A stretch of 64,000 nt of DNA from Alcanivorax sp. GTDB taxonomy: Bacteria > Pseudomonadota > Gammaproteobacteria > Pseudomonadales > Alcanivoracaceae. Made by a program: the position numbers and the translations under genes. Positions 1-10,302 of the stretch are shown piece by piece (the first letter of the stretch is position 1; every line of letters starts with the position of its first letter). The stretch lies in assembly GCA_036276955.1 (NCBI GenBank), contig DASUNW010000063.1:202-64201 (forward strand), given 5' to 3'. Below the pieces are notes generated by a model. That model made no database searches. It had not been told where the DNA came from and was given only the letters and a program-made list of their open reading frames with translations.

Positions 1-2132
1 TGCACCACGTTGCCGTCTTCGTCGCGCACCATTTCGTTGAACAGTTTCGGGTTGGCGAGCGTGGCCCGTTGAGCGGTGAGGTGGTCACCGCGATGGGTGG
101 CGTAGGAGTTAAAGTCCTCCTCCGGCAGGCCCATCTTGTGCAGGTAAGCACCGGCGGCGCTGTCCAGCAGGATGGCGTTGGACGGCGACAGATGGTCGGT
201 GGTGATGTTGTCCGGCAACACCGCCAGCGGCCGCATGCTCTTCAGCGCGCGGGCCTCCGCCATGGTGCCTTCCCAGTAAGGGGGGCGACGGATATAGGTG
301 GATTGCGGGCGCCAGTCGTACAGCGGGCTGACCGCCTTCGCCGCGCCCTCTTTCTTCTCGAACATGGGGATATAAGTGCGACGGAACTGCTCCGGCTTGA
401 CGCTTTCCTTAACGATGGCGTCAATCTCGGCGTCGTCCGGCCAGATATCCTTCAGCATGATCGGCTTGCCGTCCGCGTCGTGGCCGAGCACGTCCTTTTC
501 GATATCGAAGCGGATGGTGCCGGCGATGGCGTAGGCGACCACCAGCGGCGGCGAGGCCAGGAACGCCTGCTTGGCGTAGGGGTGGATGCGGCCGTCGAAG
601 TTACGGTTGCCGGACAGAACGGCGGTGGCGTACAGATCCCGGTCGATCACTTCTTTCTGGATGTCCGGGTCCAGCGCGCCGCTCATGCCGTTGCAGGTGG
701 TGCAGGCGAACGCCACCACGTCGAAGCCGAGCTGCTGCAGTTCCGGCAGCAGTTGCGCTTCTTCCAGGTACATCTTCACGGTCTTGGAACCCGGCGCCAG
801 GGAGGACTTCACCCACGGCTTGCGGATCAGGCCCAGCTTGTTGGCGTTGCGGGCGATCAGACCGGCGGCGATCATGTTGCGCGGGTTGCTGGTGTTGGTG
901 CAGGAAGTAATGGCGGCGATGATCACCGCGCCGTCGGGCATTTCGCCCTCTTTCTCTTCCCAGGCGCCGGCCACGCCGCGCGCCGCCAGGTCGGCGGCCG
1001 GCAGCAAGGCGTGCGGGTTGGAGGGGCCGGCCAGGTTCCGGCCCACCGAGGACAGGTCGAACGTCAGAACCCGTTCGTACTCCACGTCCTTGAGGGCGTC
1101 CGCCCACAGGCCGGTTTCCTTGGCGTATTTCTCCACCAGGGCCACCTGCTCGTCTTCGCGACCGGTCAGCTTCAGGTAATCCAGGGTGTTGTCGTCGATA
1201 AAGAACATGCCGGCGGTGGCGCCGTATTCCGGGGTCATATTGGCGATGGTGGCGCGGTCGCCCACGGACAGGCTGTCCGCGCCTTCGCCGAAGAATTCCA
1301 AGTAGGCGCCGACCACCCGTTCCTTGCGCAGGAACTCGGTGATCGCCAGCACCAGGTCGGTGCCGGTGATGCCCGGCTTAAGCTTGCCGGTCAGCTGCAC
1401 GCCGACGATGTCAGGCAGGCGCATCATGGACGGGTTGCCGAGCATTACGTTTTCGGCTTCGAGGCCGCCCACACCGACGGAGATCACGCCCAGGGCGTCG
1501 ACCATCGGCGTGTGGCTGTCGGTGCCCACGCAGGTATCCGGGTAGGCGACACCCCTCTCGTTTTCAGAGGAATGCACCTGCACCACCGGCGACATCTTCT
1601 CCAGGTTGATCTGGTGCATGATGCCGTTGCCGGGCGGGATCACGTCGACGTTGTCGAACGCGGTCTTGGTCCAGTTGATAAAGTGGAAGCGGTCTTCGTT
1701 GCGGCGGTCTTCCACCGCCCGGTTCTTCTCGAAGGCGTTCTCTTCAAAGCCCGGGTGTTCCACCGCCAGGGAGTGGTCGACGATCAACTGGGTGGGCACC
1801 ACCGGGTTGATCTTGGACGGGTCCCCGCCCTGCTCGGCGATGGTGTCACGCAGGCCGGCCAGATCCACCAGCGCGGTCTGGCCGAGAATGTCGTGGCACA
1901 CCACGCGCGCCGGATACCAGGGAAAGTCCAGATCCCGCTTACGCTCGATCAGCTGCTTCAGCGAAGCCGTCAGCGCCGCCGGCTCACACCGGCGCACCAG
2001 CTGCTCGGCGAGGATGCGGGAGGTGTACGGCAGCTTGTCATAGGCGCCGGGCTGGATCGCGTCCACCGCGGCTCGGGTATCGAAGTATTCCAGATCAGTG
2101 CCTGGGAGGCGTTTGCGGTATTCGGTGTTCAT
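1..2132 (-). CDS. acnD: Fe/S-dependent 2-methylisocitrate dehydratase (3' end outside window)
   Basis: Minus strand from the ATG at 2132 reads MNTEYRKRLPGTDLEYFDTRAAVDAIQPGAYDKLPYTSRILAE. Aconitase motifs GTDSHT and AAITSCTNTSNP are present. It follows prpC and is absent from the ORF track because it runs off the window. Confidence 0.93.
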   Translation of the reverse strand, partial: MNTEYRKRLPGTDLEYFDTRAAVDAIQPGAYDKLPYTSRILAEQLVRRCEPAALTASLKQLIERKRDLDFPWYPARVVCHDILGQTALVDLAGLRDTIAEQGGDPSKINPVVPTQLIVDHSLAVEHPGFEENAFEKNRAVEDRRNEDRFHFINWTKTAFDNVDVIPPGNGIMHQINLEKMSPVVQVHSSENERGVAYPDTCVGTDSHTPMVDALGVISVGVGGLEAENVMLGNPSMMRLPDIVGVQLTGKLKPGITGTDLVLAITEFLRKERVVGAYLEFFGEGADSLSVGDRATIANMTPEYGATAGMFFIDDNTLDYLKLTGREDEQVALVEKYAKETGLWADALKDVEYERVLTFDLSSVGRNLAGPSNPHALLPAADLAARGVAGAWEEKEGEMPDGAVIIAAITSCTNTSNPRNMIAAGLIARNANKLGLIRKPWVKSSLAPGSKTVKMYLEEAQLLPELQQLGFDVVAFACTTCNGMSGALDPDIQKEVIDRDLYATAVLSGNRNFDGRIHPYAKQAFLASPPLVVAYAIAGTIRFDIEKDVLGHDADGKPIMLKDIWPDDAEIDAIVKESVKPEQFRRTYIPMFEKKEGAAKAVSPLYDWRPQSTYIRRPPYWEGTMAEARALKSMRPLAVLPDNITTDHLSPSNAILLDSAAGAYLHKMGLPEEDFNSYATHRGDHLTAQRATLANPKLFNEMVRDEDGNVV

Positions 2133-2215
2133 GCCTGGGAGTACCTGAGTAGAAAATGGGTAGTGCGGGGAAGACGCCGGACGTCCGCGGAAGGCGAAAC
2201 GTCCGGTGGTCTCTT

Positions 2216-3340
2216 TTATCGCTCGGCGATCGGCGTGACCTTGCGCAGTTCCGGGCCGGTGTAATCTGCGCTGGGACGGATAATGCGATTGTCCGCGCGT
2301 TGTTCGAACACATGGGCGGCCCAGCCGGTCAGGCGGCTCATCACGAAGATCGGCGTGAACAGCTTGGTGGGGATGCCCATGAAGTGGTAGGCGGAAGCGT
2401 GGAAGAAGTCGGCGTTACAGAACAGCTTCTTCTCGCGCCACATCACTTCCTCGCAACGCACCGACACCGGGTAGAGTTTGGTATCGCCCACGTCCTGTGC
2501 CAGCTTCTCGGCCCAGTGTTTGATGATCGCGTTGCGCGGGTCGGACTCGGTGTAGATGGCGTGCCCGAAGCCCATGATTTTTTCTTTGCGCTCGAGCATG
2601 CCGAGCATGCCCTTCTCGGCGTCGTCGGCGTCGCTGAATTTCTCGATCATCGCCATCGCCGCTTCGTTGGCGCCGCCATGCAACGGGCCGCGCAGGCTAC
2701 CGATGGCGCCGGTGACACAGCTGTGAATATCGCTGAGCGTGGAGGCGCAAACGCGGGCAGTGAAGGTGGAGGCGTTGAACTCGTGCTCCGCGTACAGAAT
2801 CAGCGATACGTTCATCACCGTTTCGTGCAGCTCGTTGGGCTTCTCGCCGCGCAGCATGTGCAGGAAGTGGGCGCCGATGGAATCGTCGTCGGTTTCCGTC
2901 TCCACTTTCACGCCATCGTGGCTGAAGCGGTACCAGTAGCAGATGATGCTGGGGAACGCGGCCAGCATGCGGTCGGCCTGGTCGGCCTGCTGCTCGAAGC
3001 CGGTCTCGGTTTCCAGATTGCCGAGCATGGAACAACCGGTGCGCATCACGTCCATGGGATGGGCGTCCTTGGGTACCCGCTCGAGCACTTCCTTGAGCGC
3101 CTGGGGCAGTCCGCGCAGCCCTTTCAATTTGGTTTTGTAGGCGTCCAGCTCGCTCTGATTGGGCAATTCGCCCTTGAGGATCAGGTACGCCACCTCTTCG
3201 AACTGACAGTTCTCCGCCAGATCCTTCACGTCGTAACCGCGATAGGTCAGGCCGGAGCCGGATTTGCCCACCGTGGAGAGCGCGGTTTTGCCCGCTACCT
3301 GGCCACGCAGGCCGGCGCCGCCAACTTTCTTCTCTGCCAT
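2216..3340 (-). CDS. prpC: 2-methylcitrate synthase
   Basis: Citrate synthase motifs EHEFNASTF, GPLHGGANE and IMGFGH; prp operon context. Confidence 0.95.
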   Translation of the reverse strand: MAEKKVGGAGLRGQVAGKTALSTVGKSGSGLTYRGYDVKDLAENCQFEEVAYLILKGELPNQSELDAYKTKLKGLRGLPQALKEVLERVPKDAHPMDVMRTGCSMLGNLETETGFEQQADQADRMLAAFPSIICYWYRFSHDGVKVETETDDDSIGAHFLHMLRGEKPNELHETVMNVSLILYAEHEFNASTFTARVCASTLSDIHSCVTGAIGSLRGPLHGGANEAAMAMIEKFSDADDAEKGMLGMLERKEKIMGFGHAIYTESDPRNAIIKHWAEKLAQDVGDTKLYPVSVRCEEVMWREKKLFCNADFFHASAYHFMGIPTKLFTPIFVMSRLTGWAAHVFEQRADNRIIRPSADYTGPELRKVTPIAER

Positions 3341-3420
3341 CGTCGTTGTCCTCTGCTCAAGAAGTGGAACGCTACCGACCCGGCGGTCTCTGAAAGCCGC
3401 CGGCGACCGGTAGCTGGTTT

Positions 3421-4314
3421 TTACTCGCCGCGTTGCTGGGCGAACAGGTCGTCAAGCTTGCGTTCGTAGTCGTGGTAGCCCAGGAAATCGTACAGTTCCA
3501 TGCGTGTCTGCATGGTGTCCACCACGTTTTTCTGGGTGCCCTCTTCGCGAATCGCGCGGTACACGTTCAGCGCCGCCTGGTTCATGGCGCGGAACGCGGA
3601 CAGGGGGTACAGGATCATGCTGGCGCCGGCGTCACTCAGCTCATCGCGGGTGAACAACGGCGTGGCGCCGAATTCGGTGATATTGGCCAGCAACGGCGCG
3701 CCACCGAGACCTTCGGCGAACGCCTTGTAGTCTTCCAGGGTGTGCACGGCTTCGGCGAAGATGCCGTCGGCGCCGGCTTCCAGGCAGGCCCGGGCACGGT
3801 CCACGGCGGCCTCCAGGCCTTCTTTCTGGAACGCATCGGTGCGCGCGATGATAAAGAAATCCTCGTCGGTGCGGGCGTCGGCGGCGGCCTTGATGCGGTC
3901 CACCATTTCCGCCTTGGAGACGATTTCCTTATTGGGGCGATGGCCGCAACGCTTCTGCGCCACCTGGTCTTCCAGATGCACGGCGCCGGCGCCGGCGCGG
4001 ATCATTTCCTTCACGGTGCGGCCGATATTGAAGGCGCCGCCCCAGCCGGTGTCGATGTCCACCAGCAACGGCACCTCGGTGGCGGCGCTGATGCGGCGCA
4101 CGTCCTCGAGCACGTCGTTCATGGTGGTCATGCCCAGGTCCGGCAGCCCATAGGAGGCATTGGCCACGCCGCCACCGGACAAATAGATGGCGCGGTAGCC
4201 GACCTGCTCCGCCATCATCGCGGTGTAGGCATTGATGGTGCCCATGATCTGAAGCGGCTGTTCCTCGGCCAGGGCGCGCCGGAAACGGGCGCCGGCACTG
4301 TTCGACTGGGTCAT
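3421..4314 (-). CDS. prpB: 2-methylisocitrate lyase
   Basis: KRCGH catalytic loop, [15 protein letters not shown]. Confidence 0.96.
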   Translation of the reverse strand: MTQSNSAGARFRRALAEEQPLQIMGTINAYTAMMAEQVGYRAIYLSGGGVANASYGLPDLGMTTMNDVLEDVRRISAATEVPLLVDIDTGWGGAFNIGRTVKEMIRAGAGAVHLEDQVAQKRCGHRPNKEIVSKAEMVDRIKAAADARTDEDFFIIARTDAFQKEGLEAAVDRARACLEAGADGIFAEAVHTLEDYKAFAEGLGGAPLLANITEFGATPLFTRDELSDAGASMILYPLSAFRAMNQAALNVYRAIREEGTQKNVVDTMQTRMELYDFLGYHDYERKLDDLFAQQRGE

Positions 4315-5003
4315 TGTGGACTCCTTTGCTGGGCCTGCTGTTCGATGTTTTCCCGTGCCCGACTGATGTGCCGGCGCATTAGCAACTCGGCCATTTCGGC
4401 GTCCCGCGCCTCGATGGCTTCGACAATGCGGCGATGCTCGTGCAGGGCTTTTTGCGGCCGGTTGGCCACGGTGCTGAATTGATAGCGGTACATGCGCACC
4501 AGGTGATAGAGCTCACCGATCAGCATGCGAATCAGGGTGTGGTTATGGCTGCCCTGGATGATCCGATAATGGAAATCCAGGTCGCCCTCGCGCTGAAAAT
4601 AGGCGGTGTCGTGGCGCAGATCCTGCTGTTGCTCGTGCTGGCCGAGCAACTCGGCGAGGCCGGCCACTTCGTCGGCCGTCATCAGGCGGGCGGCGAGCCC
4701 GGCGGCCAGGCCTTCGAGGGCCTCGCGGACATGGTAGATTTCGATCAGGTCGTCGAAGCTTAGCGACGCCACCCGGGTGCCGACGTGGACTTCCCGCTCC
4801 AGCAACTTGCGCGATTCCAGGCGGCGAATGGCCTCGCGAAGCGGACCCCGGCTGACCCCGTAGCGGCCGGCCAGGTCGGTCTCGCTGACCTTGCTGCCCG
4901 GGGCGATCACGCCGCGCACGATATCGTCCTGGAGCCGGCTGAAAACACGGTCGGCCAGGGTGCGCGAGCTGTCTGCCAAGACTTCGTTCATGGGGGCGCT
5001 CAT
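4311..5003 (-). CDS. GntR/FCD family regulator of the methylcitrate operon (PrpR-type)
   Basis: w[14 protein letters not shown] plus FCD domain (DLDFH, ALHEH). Overlaps the prpB start. Start is 5003 or 4991. Confidence 0.88.
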   Translation of the reverse strand: MSAPMNEVLADSSRTLADRVFSRLQDDIVRGVIAPGSKVSETDLAGRYGVSRGPLREAIRRLESRKLLEREVHVGTRVASLSFDDLIEIYHVREALEGLAAGLAARLMTADEVAGLAELLGQHEQQQDLRHDTAYFQREGDLDFHYRIIQGSHNHTLIRMLIGELYHLVRMYRYQFSTVANRPQKALHEHRRIVEAIEARDAEMAELLMRRHISRARENIEQQAQQRSPQ

Positions 5004-5036
5004 TCCGGTTGGCCGGTTCACCGTTCGGCGGCGGCC

Positions 5037-5048
5037 ATTGTCGACAAT
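5037..5048. promoter_or_regulatory. GntR operator 1, perfect palindrome ATTGTCGACAAT
   Basis: Read directly; an identical copy lies at 5100-5111, upstream of the GntR-prp operon. Confidence 0.8.
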
Positions 5049-5099
5049 TGTTCCAAGTGGCGGGCACTCTACCCGCACCCGCCGCACCTTTCAATGGTT

Positions 5100-5111
5100 A
5101 TTGTCGACAAT
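5100..5111. promoter_or_regulatory. GntR operator 2, perfect palindrome ATTGTCGACAAT
   Basis: Identical to 5037-5048. Confidence 0.8.
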
Positions 5112-5213
5112 GGCGCCGGGCTCGCGGGCCGCCGCCACGGGCGCTACACTACGCGCTCCCCGCGGCCGGGCGCCCGCCCCGCCGCCATCGCTCAGAGAAT
5201 TCAGGGTCGAAGC

Positions 5214-6320
5214 GTGCAACCTGTGCAAGTTGTGGTGACTCGAAACGGTGGGCTCCAGGCCCTGGGGCCACCGGCGCTGACGCTGCGCGCCGACAGCGCG
5301 GCGGACATCGAAGCCCTGCCCGCGCGCGTCGAGCAGGCCCTCGCCGAAGGCTGCCGGTTCGCCTGCGGTCTGTTGCCCTACGAGGCCGGGGCACTGCTGA
5401 TGGGGCTGCCCGGCGCGCCGGAGCGCGCCGCCGTCACCGTCCATCTGTTCGATCACCCGCCCGGCCCCCTGCCGGAAGAGCACGCGCCCTTTCAACTGCG
5501 CCGGGAATTCGAAGCCCAGCAAAGCGCCGCCGAATACCTCCAGGCGCTGGCGCACATTCAGCACTACCTGCGCGCCGGCGACTGTTATCAGGTCAACTAC
5601 GCCCAGCGCTTCCAGGCCCGCTGGGACGGCGACGCCCTGGGCGGTTTCCAGCGGCTGGTGGCCGCGCACCCGGCGCCGCACGCCTGCTTCTTCCGGGACG
5701 GGGACGACGCGGTGTTCGGGGTGTCCCCGGAGCGTTTCCTGAGCATTCAGGGCCGGCAGGTGGTCACCGAACCGATCAAGGGATCACGGCCCCGGGGCGC
5801 CAACGCGGTGGAGGACCAGGCCCTGGGCCGCGCCCTGCTCCGTCACCCCAAGGACCGTGCCGAAAACCTGATGATCGTGGATCTGCTGCGCAACGACCTG
5901 GGCCGCTTCTGCGAAGCCGGCTCGATCCGGGCGGACCCACTGTTCGAACTGCGCCGCTTCAGCAACGTGCAGCACCTGGTGTCCACCGTGCGCGGCCGGC
6001 TGCGCGACGGCATCGCGCCCCTCGCCGCGCTGATCAGCGCCTTCCCCGGCGGCAGCATCACCGGCGCCCCCAAGAAGCGCGCCATGCAGATCATCCAGGA
6101 ACTGGAACCCGCCCCTCGCGGCGCCTACTGCGGCAGCCTGTTCTGGCAGGACGACCAGGGCCACTTCGACAGCAACATCCTGATCCGCACCCTGCAAACC
6201 GACGGCAACCGCCTCCACTGCCACGGCGGCGGCGGCATCGTCTACGACTCCGACGCCCAGGAAGAATACGAGGAGAGTTGGTTTAAGGTGAGGAGGTTGA
6301 TGGAAGCGTTGGGGGGCTAG
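5214..6320 (+). CDS. pabB: aminodeoxychorismate synthase component I (MST family)
   Basis: GDCYQVN, SPERF, PIKGS, KDRAENLMIVDLLRND, FPGGSITGAPK. GTG start at 5214 is inferred; the N-terminal domain is short. Confidence 0.85.
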   Translation: MQPVQVVVTRNGGLQALGPPALTLRADSAADIEALPARVEQALAEGCRFACGLLPYEAGALLMGLPGAPERAAVTVHLFDHPPGPLPEEHAPFQLRREFEAQQSAAEYLQALAHIQHYLRAGDCYQVNYAQRFQARWDGDALGGFQRLVAAHPAPHACFFRDGDDAVFGVSPERFLSIQGRQVVTEPIKGSRPRGANAVEDQALGRALLRHPKDRAENLMIVDLLRNDLGRFCEAGSIRADPLFELRRFSNVQHLVSTVRGRLRDGIAPLAALISAFPGGSITGAPKKRAMQIIQELEPAPRGAYCGSLFWQDDQGHFDSNILIRTLQTDGNRLHCHGGGGIVYDSDAQEEYEESWFKVRRLMEALGG

Positions 6321-6605
6321 CTGCAAGCTGCAAGCCAGGGTATCGTGGCGACGGGGTCGTGCCTGTCGAGCACCAAAAGACGATTCAGGATGCAGGATAC
6401 AAGGGATGGCGTGGTGCGAATCCTCGGCCGTGGCACCACCCTCAGTCACCGGCCCACGATGCGGAGCGAGGCGCCAACCGGATAGCATCGACCGCGCCCC
6501 TGTATCCTGCATCCTGAATCCTGTATCGCCTCCCCTCCGCCCGCTAGCGGCACGGCGGTTTCTCCAGCACGGCCTGCTTGCAGCTTGAAGCTTGAGGCTT
6601 GCAGC
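6320..6605. repeat. nested heptamer-repeat inverted element between convergent pabB and thrH
   Basis: Outer arms GCTGCAAGCTGCAAGC (6320-6335) and GCTTGCAGCTTGAAGCTTGAGGCTTGCAGC (6576-6605). Inner perfect 20-bp inverted repeat at 6382-6401 / 6501-6520. Confidence 0.8.
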
Positions 6606-6607
6606 CA

Positions 6608-7225
6608 CTACAGAGGCAGCTCCCGCTCACTGGCCTTAACAATCTCCCCTTTCAAATCCCCGTAGGTTTGTACTGAGGGGAACTGGGGGAATTCGGCGAT
6701 CACGTTGTCGGGGGCGTGGAACAGGATGCCCTGGTCCGCTTCGCTGAGCATGGTGGTGTCGTTGTAGGAGTCGCCGGCGGCGATGATGCGGTAGTTGAGG
6801 GTGTGCAGCGCTTTCACGGAGGCCCGTTTGGGGTCCTTCTGGCGCAGGATGTAATCGGTGATGCGGCCGTTGTCGTCCACCGTCAGGCGGTGGCACAGCA
6901 GGGTCGGCGAGCCGAGTTTGCGCATCAGCGGGCGGGCGAATTCATAGAAGGTGTCGGAGAGGATGATCAGCTGGAAGTGCTCGCGGGCCCACTCGACGAA
7001 TTCCACCGCGCCGTCCAGGGGATCCAGGGTGTCGATCACCTTCTGGATGTCCGGCAGGCCGTAGCCGTGCTGGTCGAGGATGCCGAGCCGCATTTTCATC
7101 AGCTCGTCGTAATCGGGAATGTCCCGGGTGGTGGCGCGCAACTCGTCGATGCCGGTGCGCTCGGCGAAGTTGATCCAGATTTCCGGAATCAGCACCCCTT
7201 CCAAATCGAGACAAAGCAATTCCAC
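6608..7225 (-). CDS. thrH: phosphoserine phosphatase/homoserine phosphotransferase
   Basis: HAD motif DLEGVL, ILSDTFYEF, AAGDSYND. Confidence 0.93.
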   Translation of the reverse strand: MELLCLDLEGVLIPEIWINFAERTGIDELRATTRDIPDYDELMKMRLGILDQHGYGLPDIQKVIDTLDPLDGAVEFVEWAREHFQLIILSDTFYEFARPLMRKLGSPTLLCHRLTVDDNGRITDYILRQKDPKRASVKALHTLNYRIIAAGDSYNDTTMLSEADQGILFHAPDNVIAEFPQFPSVQTYGDLKGEIVKASERELPL

Positions 7226-7310
7226 GATGTTCCCCTAGGTCGTTGAAGGCGGGCACAATGTAGCCGCGCGCCCGGCGCTTTGCAACGGCCAGGGGCCGGT
7301 GCCGGGCGTG

Positions 7311-8315
<1,005 letters not shown>

Positions 8316-8404
8316 TTACGCGGAGTTATAAGAATAGCCGAAATTATGCGTTCCAAGCATAGAGGCAAGCAAAGACGCTGGCAACGGCCTCCCCAAAGAG
8401 GGTA

Positions 8405-9337
8405 TCAGGCGTCGTCCGGGCGGGGGTTGGAAATGCCGTGGGGCACATGGCCGGCGGCCACGTGTTCGCGGGCCGATTCGCAATGGCCCTGTTGATCGTC
8501 GAAGAACACGTCGGCGCCGAACGCTTTCAGGAACGGCCCCTTGGGCAACCCACCAAGGAACAGGCTTTCGTCCAGGCGAATGCCCCAGCCGCGCAGGGTG
8601 CGCACCACCCTTTCATGGGCCGGCGCCGAACGGGCGGTGACCAGCGCGGTGCGGATCGGGCACCGCTGCGGGGAGAATTCCCGCTGGATCTGGTGCAGGG
8701 CTTCCAGAAACGCCTTGAACGGCCCGTCGCTGAGCGGCTGCCGGGCAGCCTGCTTTTCGCTGGCGGTGAACGCCTCCAGGCCGCTGCTCTGGAACACCTG
8801 CTCGGATTCGTCGGAGAACAGCACCGCATCGCCATCAAAGGCAATGCGCAACAGGTCGTCCTTATGCTCCAGCCCGGCGCCGGACAAAATGGTGGCGGCG
8901 GCGTAGCCGGCGTCGAGAACCTGGCGGACATCCTCGGGGTCGGTGGACAGGAAAAGGTGGGCGCCGAACGCGGACACATAGCGGTGCGGGCTTTCGCCAC
9001 CGGCGAACGCCGCCCGGGTGATCGGCAGCCGGTAATGCTCGATGGAGTTGAACACGCGCAGGCCGGTGTCGGAGCTGTTGCGCGACAGCAGGATCACTTC
9101 CACCCGGCCCGCGCCTTCTTCCAGCTTGTTGATCGCCAGCAGCTTGGTCACCAGGGGAAACGCATCCCCGGGTGGCAGCACGTCGTCCTCATGGGCGATC
9201 TGATAATCCTGGTAGGCGTCCAGGCCTTCCCGTTCGAAAACCCGGTGGCTGTCGCCAAGATCGAACAACGCCCGGGAGCTGATCGCCACCACCAATTTTC
9301 CATCAAAGGACGCCGGCATAGCCCACCTTTTTTCCAC
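8405..9337 (-). CDS. 5'-nucleotidase (cN-I type)
   Basis: VAISSRALF, IAFDGDAVLFSDE, FFDDQ. Start is GTG 9337 or ATG 9319. Confidence 0.88.
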   Translation of the reverse strand: MEKRWAMPASFDGKLVVAISSRALFDLGDSHRVFEREGLDAYQDYQIAHEDDVLPPGDAFPLVTKLLAINKLEEGAGRVEVILLSRNSSDTGLRVFNSIEHYRLPITRAAFAGGESPHRYVSAFGAHLFLSTDPEDVRQVLDAGYAAATILSGAGLEHKDDLLRIAFDGDAVLFSDESEQVFQSSGLEAFTASEKQAARQPLSDGPFKAFLEALHQIQREFSPQRCPIRTALVTARSAPAHERVVRTLRGWGIRLDESLFLGGLPKGPFLKAFGADVFFDDQQGHCESAREHVAAGHVPHGISNPRPDDA

Positions 9338-9591
9338 CGTGATTCATTGTCGCGCAGTATCACCGCTGACCGTTGAAACCACAACACGACCACGGTGTTA
9401 CAGGAATTGACCAGAAAGCCTGCAAAGCCAACCCCCATGGCGGTTGTCCAGCTTAAAAATGTGACATACAGTTTCTCGGGAGTCTCTGAACATCCCTCTG
9501 CGTTCTGTAAGCCCGAGCATGCAAGGGGTGGCTAGAGTCTCCCGACGTCCGCACCGCGGACCCAAATCAGCACGGGGAAAGGGAGTCATCC

Positions 9592-10242
9592 ATGGCCGTT
9601 AATAAGGTAAGAGGTCGTCTCGACGAACTGCAGGCGCAGATTCGCAAGCTCGCCGAGCGCTTCGACAATGAACGCGACAAGCAAATCGCCCAGCTTGAAT
9701 CTCAGCTCGACAAGGCCCGCCAACGGGTCAACGAAGAGATGAAGCGCCGCCGCGACAGCCTCAACCGGCTGGAGAAGCTGCAGAACGAGTATCGGGACAA
9801 AGCCAACGCCACGGTACAGCGCCAGCTTGATCGCGCCCGCAAAGCCGTGGACGACGCCCGCAAACGGGTGGATGACTCCGAAGCCCGCAAGCGCTTCCTG
9901 GAAACCGAGGTGAAAGTCCTCAAGGCCACCGCCAAGCAGGCCAACAGCCTGGCCAAGGTGATCAATCAGTACCAGAAGGATTTGGAGAAGCGCGCCAAGG
10001 ACATCGAGAAGCGGGTCAGCCCTTCCGCGCGCAAGGCACCGGCCAAGAAAGCCGCGGCCAGGAAACCCCCCGCCAAGAAGAGTGCGGCCAAGAAAAGTAC
10101 GGCTAAGAAGAGCGCAGCCAAGAAAAGCCCCGCCAAGAAGAGCGCGGTGAAGAAATCCCCGGCCAAGAAGAAAGCGGCTCGCAAAGCACCGGCGAAAAAA
10201 GCCGCCTCCGGCGATTCCGGCGGCAGCACTCCGTCCAACTGA
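9592..10242 (+). CDS. AlgP/histone H1-like protein (coiled coil plus Lys/Ala-rich tail)
   Basis: N-terminal coiled coil, C-terminal AKK[S/A] repeats, SD GGGAG. Confidence 0.75.
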   Translation: MAVNKVRGRLDELQAQIRKLAERFDNERDKQIAQLESQLDKARQRVNEEMKRRRDSLNRLEKLQNEYRDKANATVQRQLDRARKAVDDARKRVDDSEARKRFLETEVKVLKATAKQANSLAKVINQYQKDLEKRAKDIEKRVSPSARKAPAKKAAARKPPAKKSAAKKSTAKKSAAKKSPAKKSAVKKSPAKKKAARKAPAKKAASGDSGGSTPSN

Positions 10243-10247
10243 ACGCA

Positions 10248-10279
10248 AAGCGGCCCGGGCATCACCACCCGGGCCGCTT
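10248..10279. terminator. hairpin between convergent genes
   Basis: AAGCGGCCCGGG-N8-CCCGGGCCGCTT, 12-bp stem with short U tails. Confidence 0.65.
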
Positions 10280-10302
10280 CGGTTCACACCGGTTGAACGT
10301 CG

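Noticed and set aside
69-2264. 731-aa plus-strand ORF
   Set aside because: Antisense shadow of acnD, typical of high-GC3 genomes
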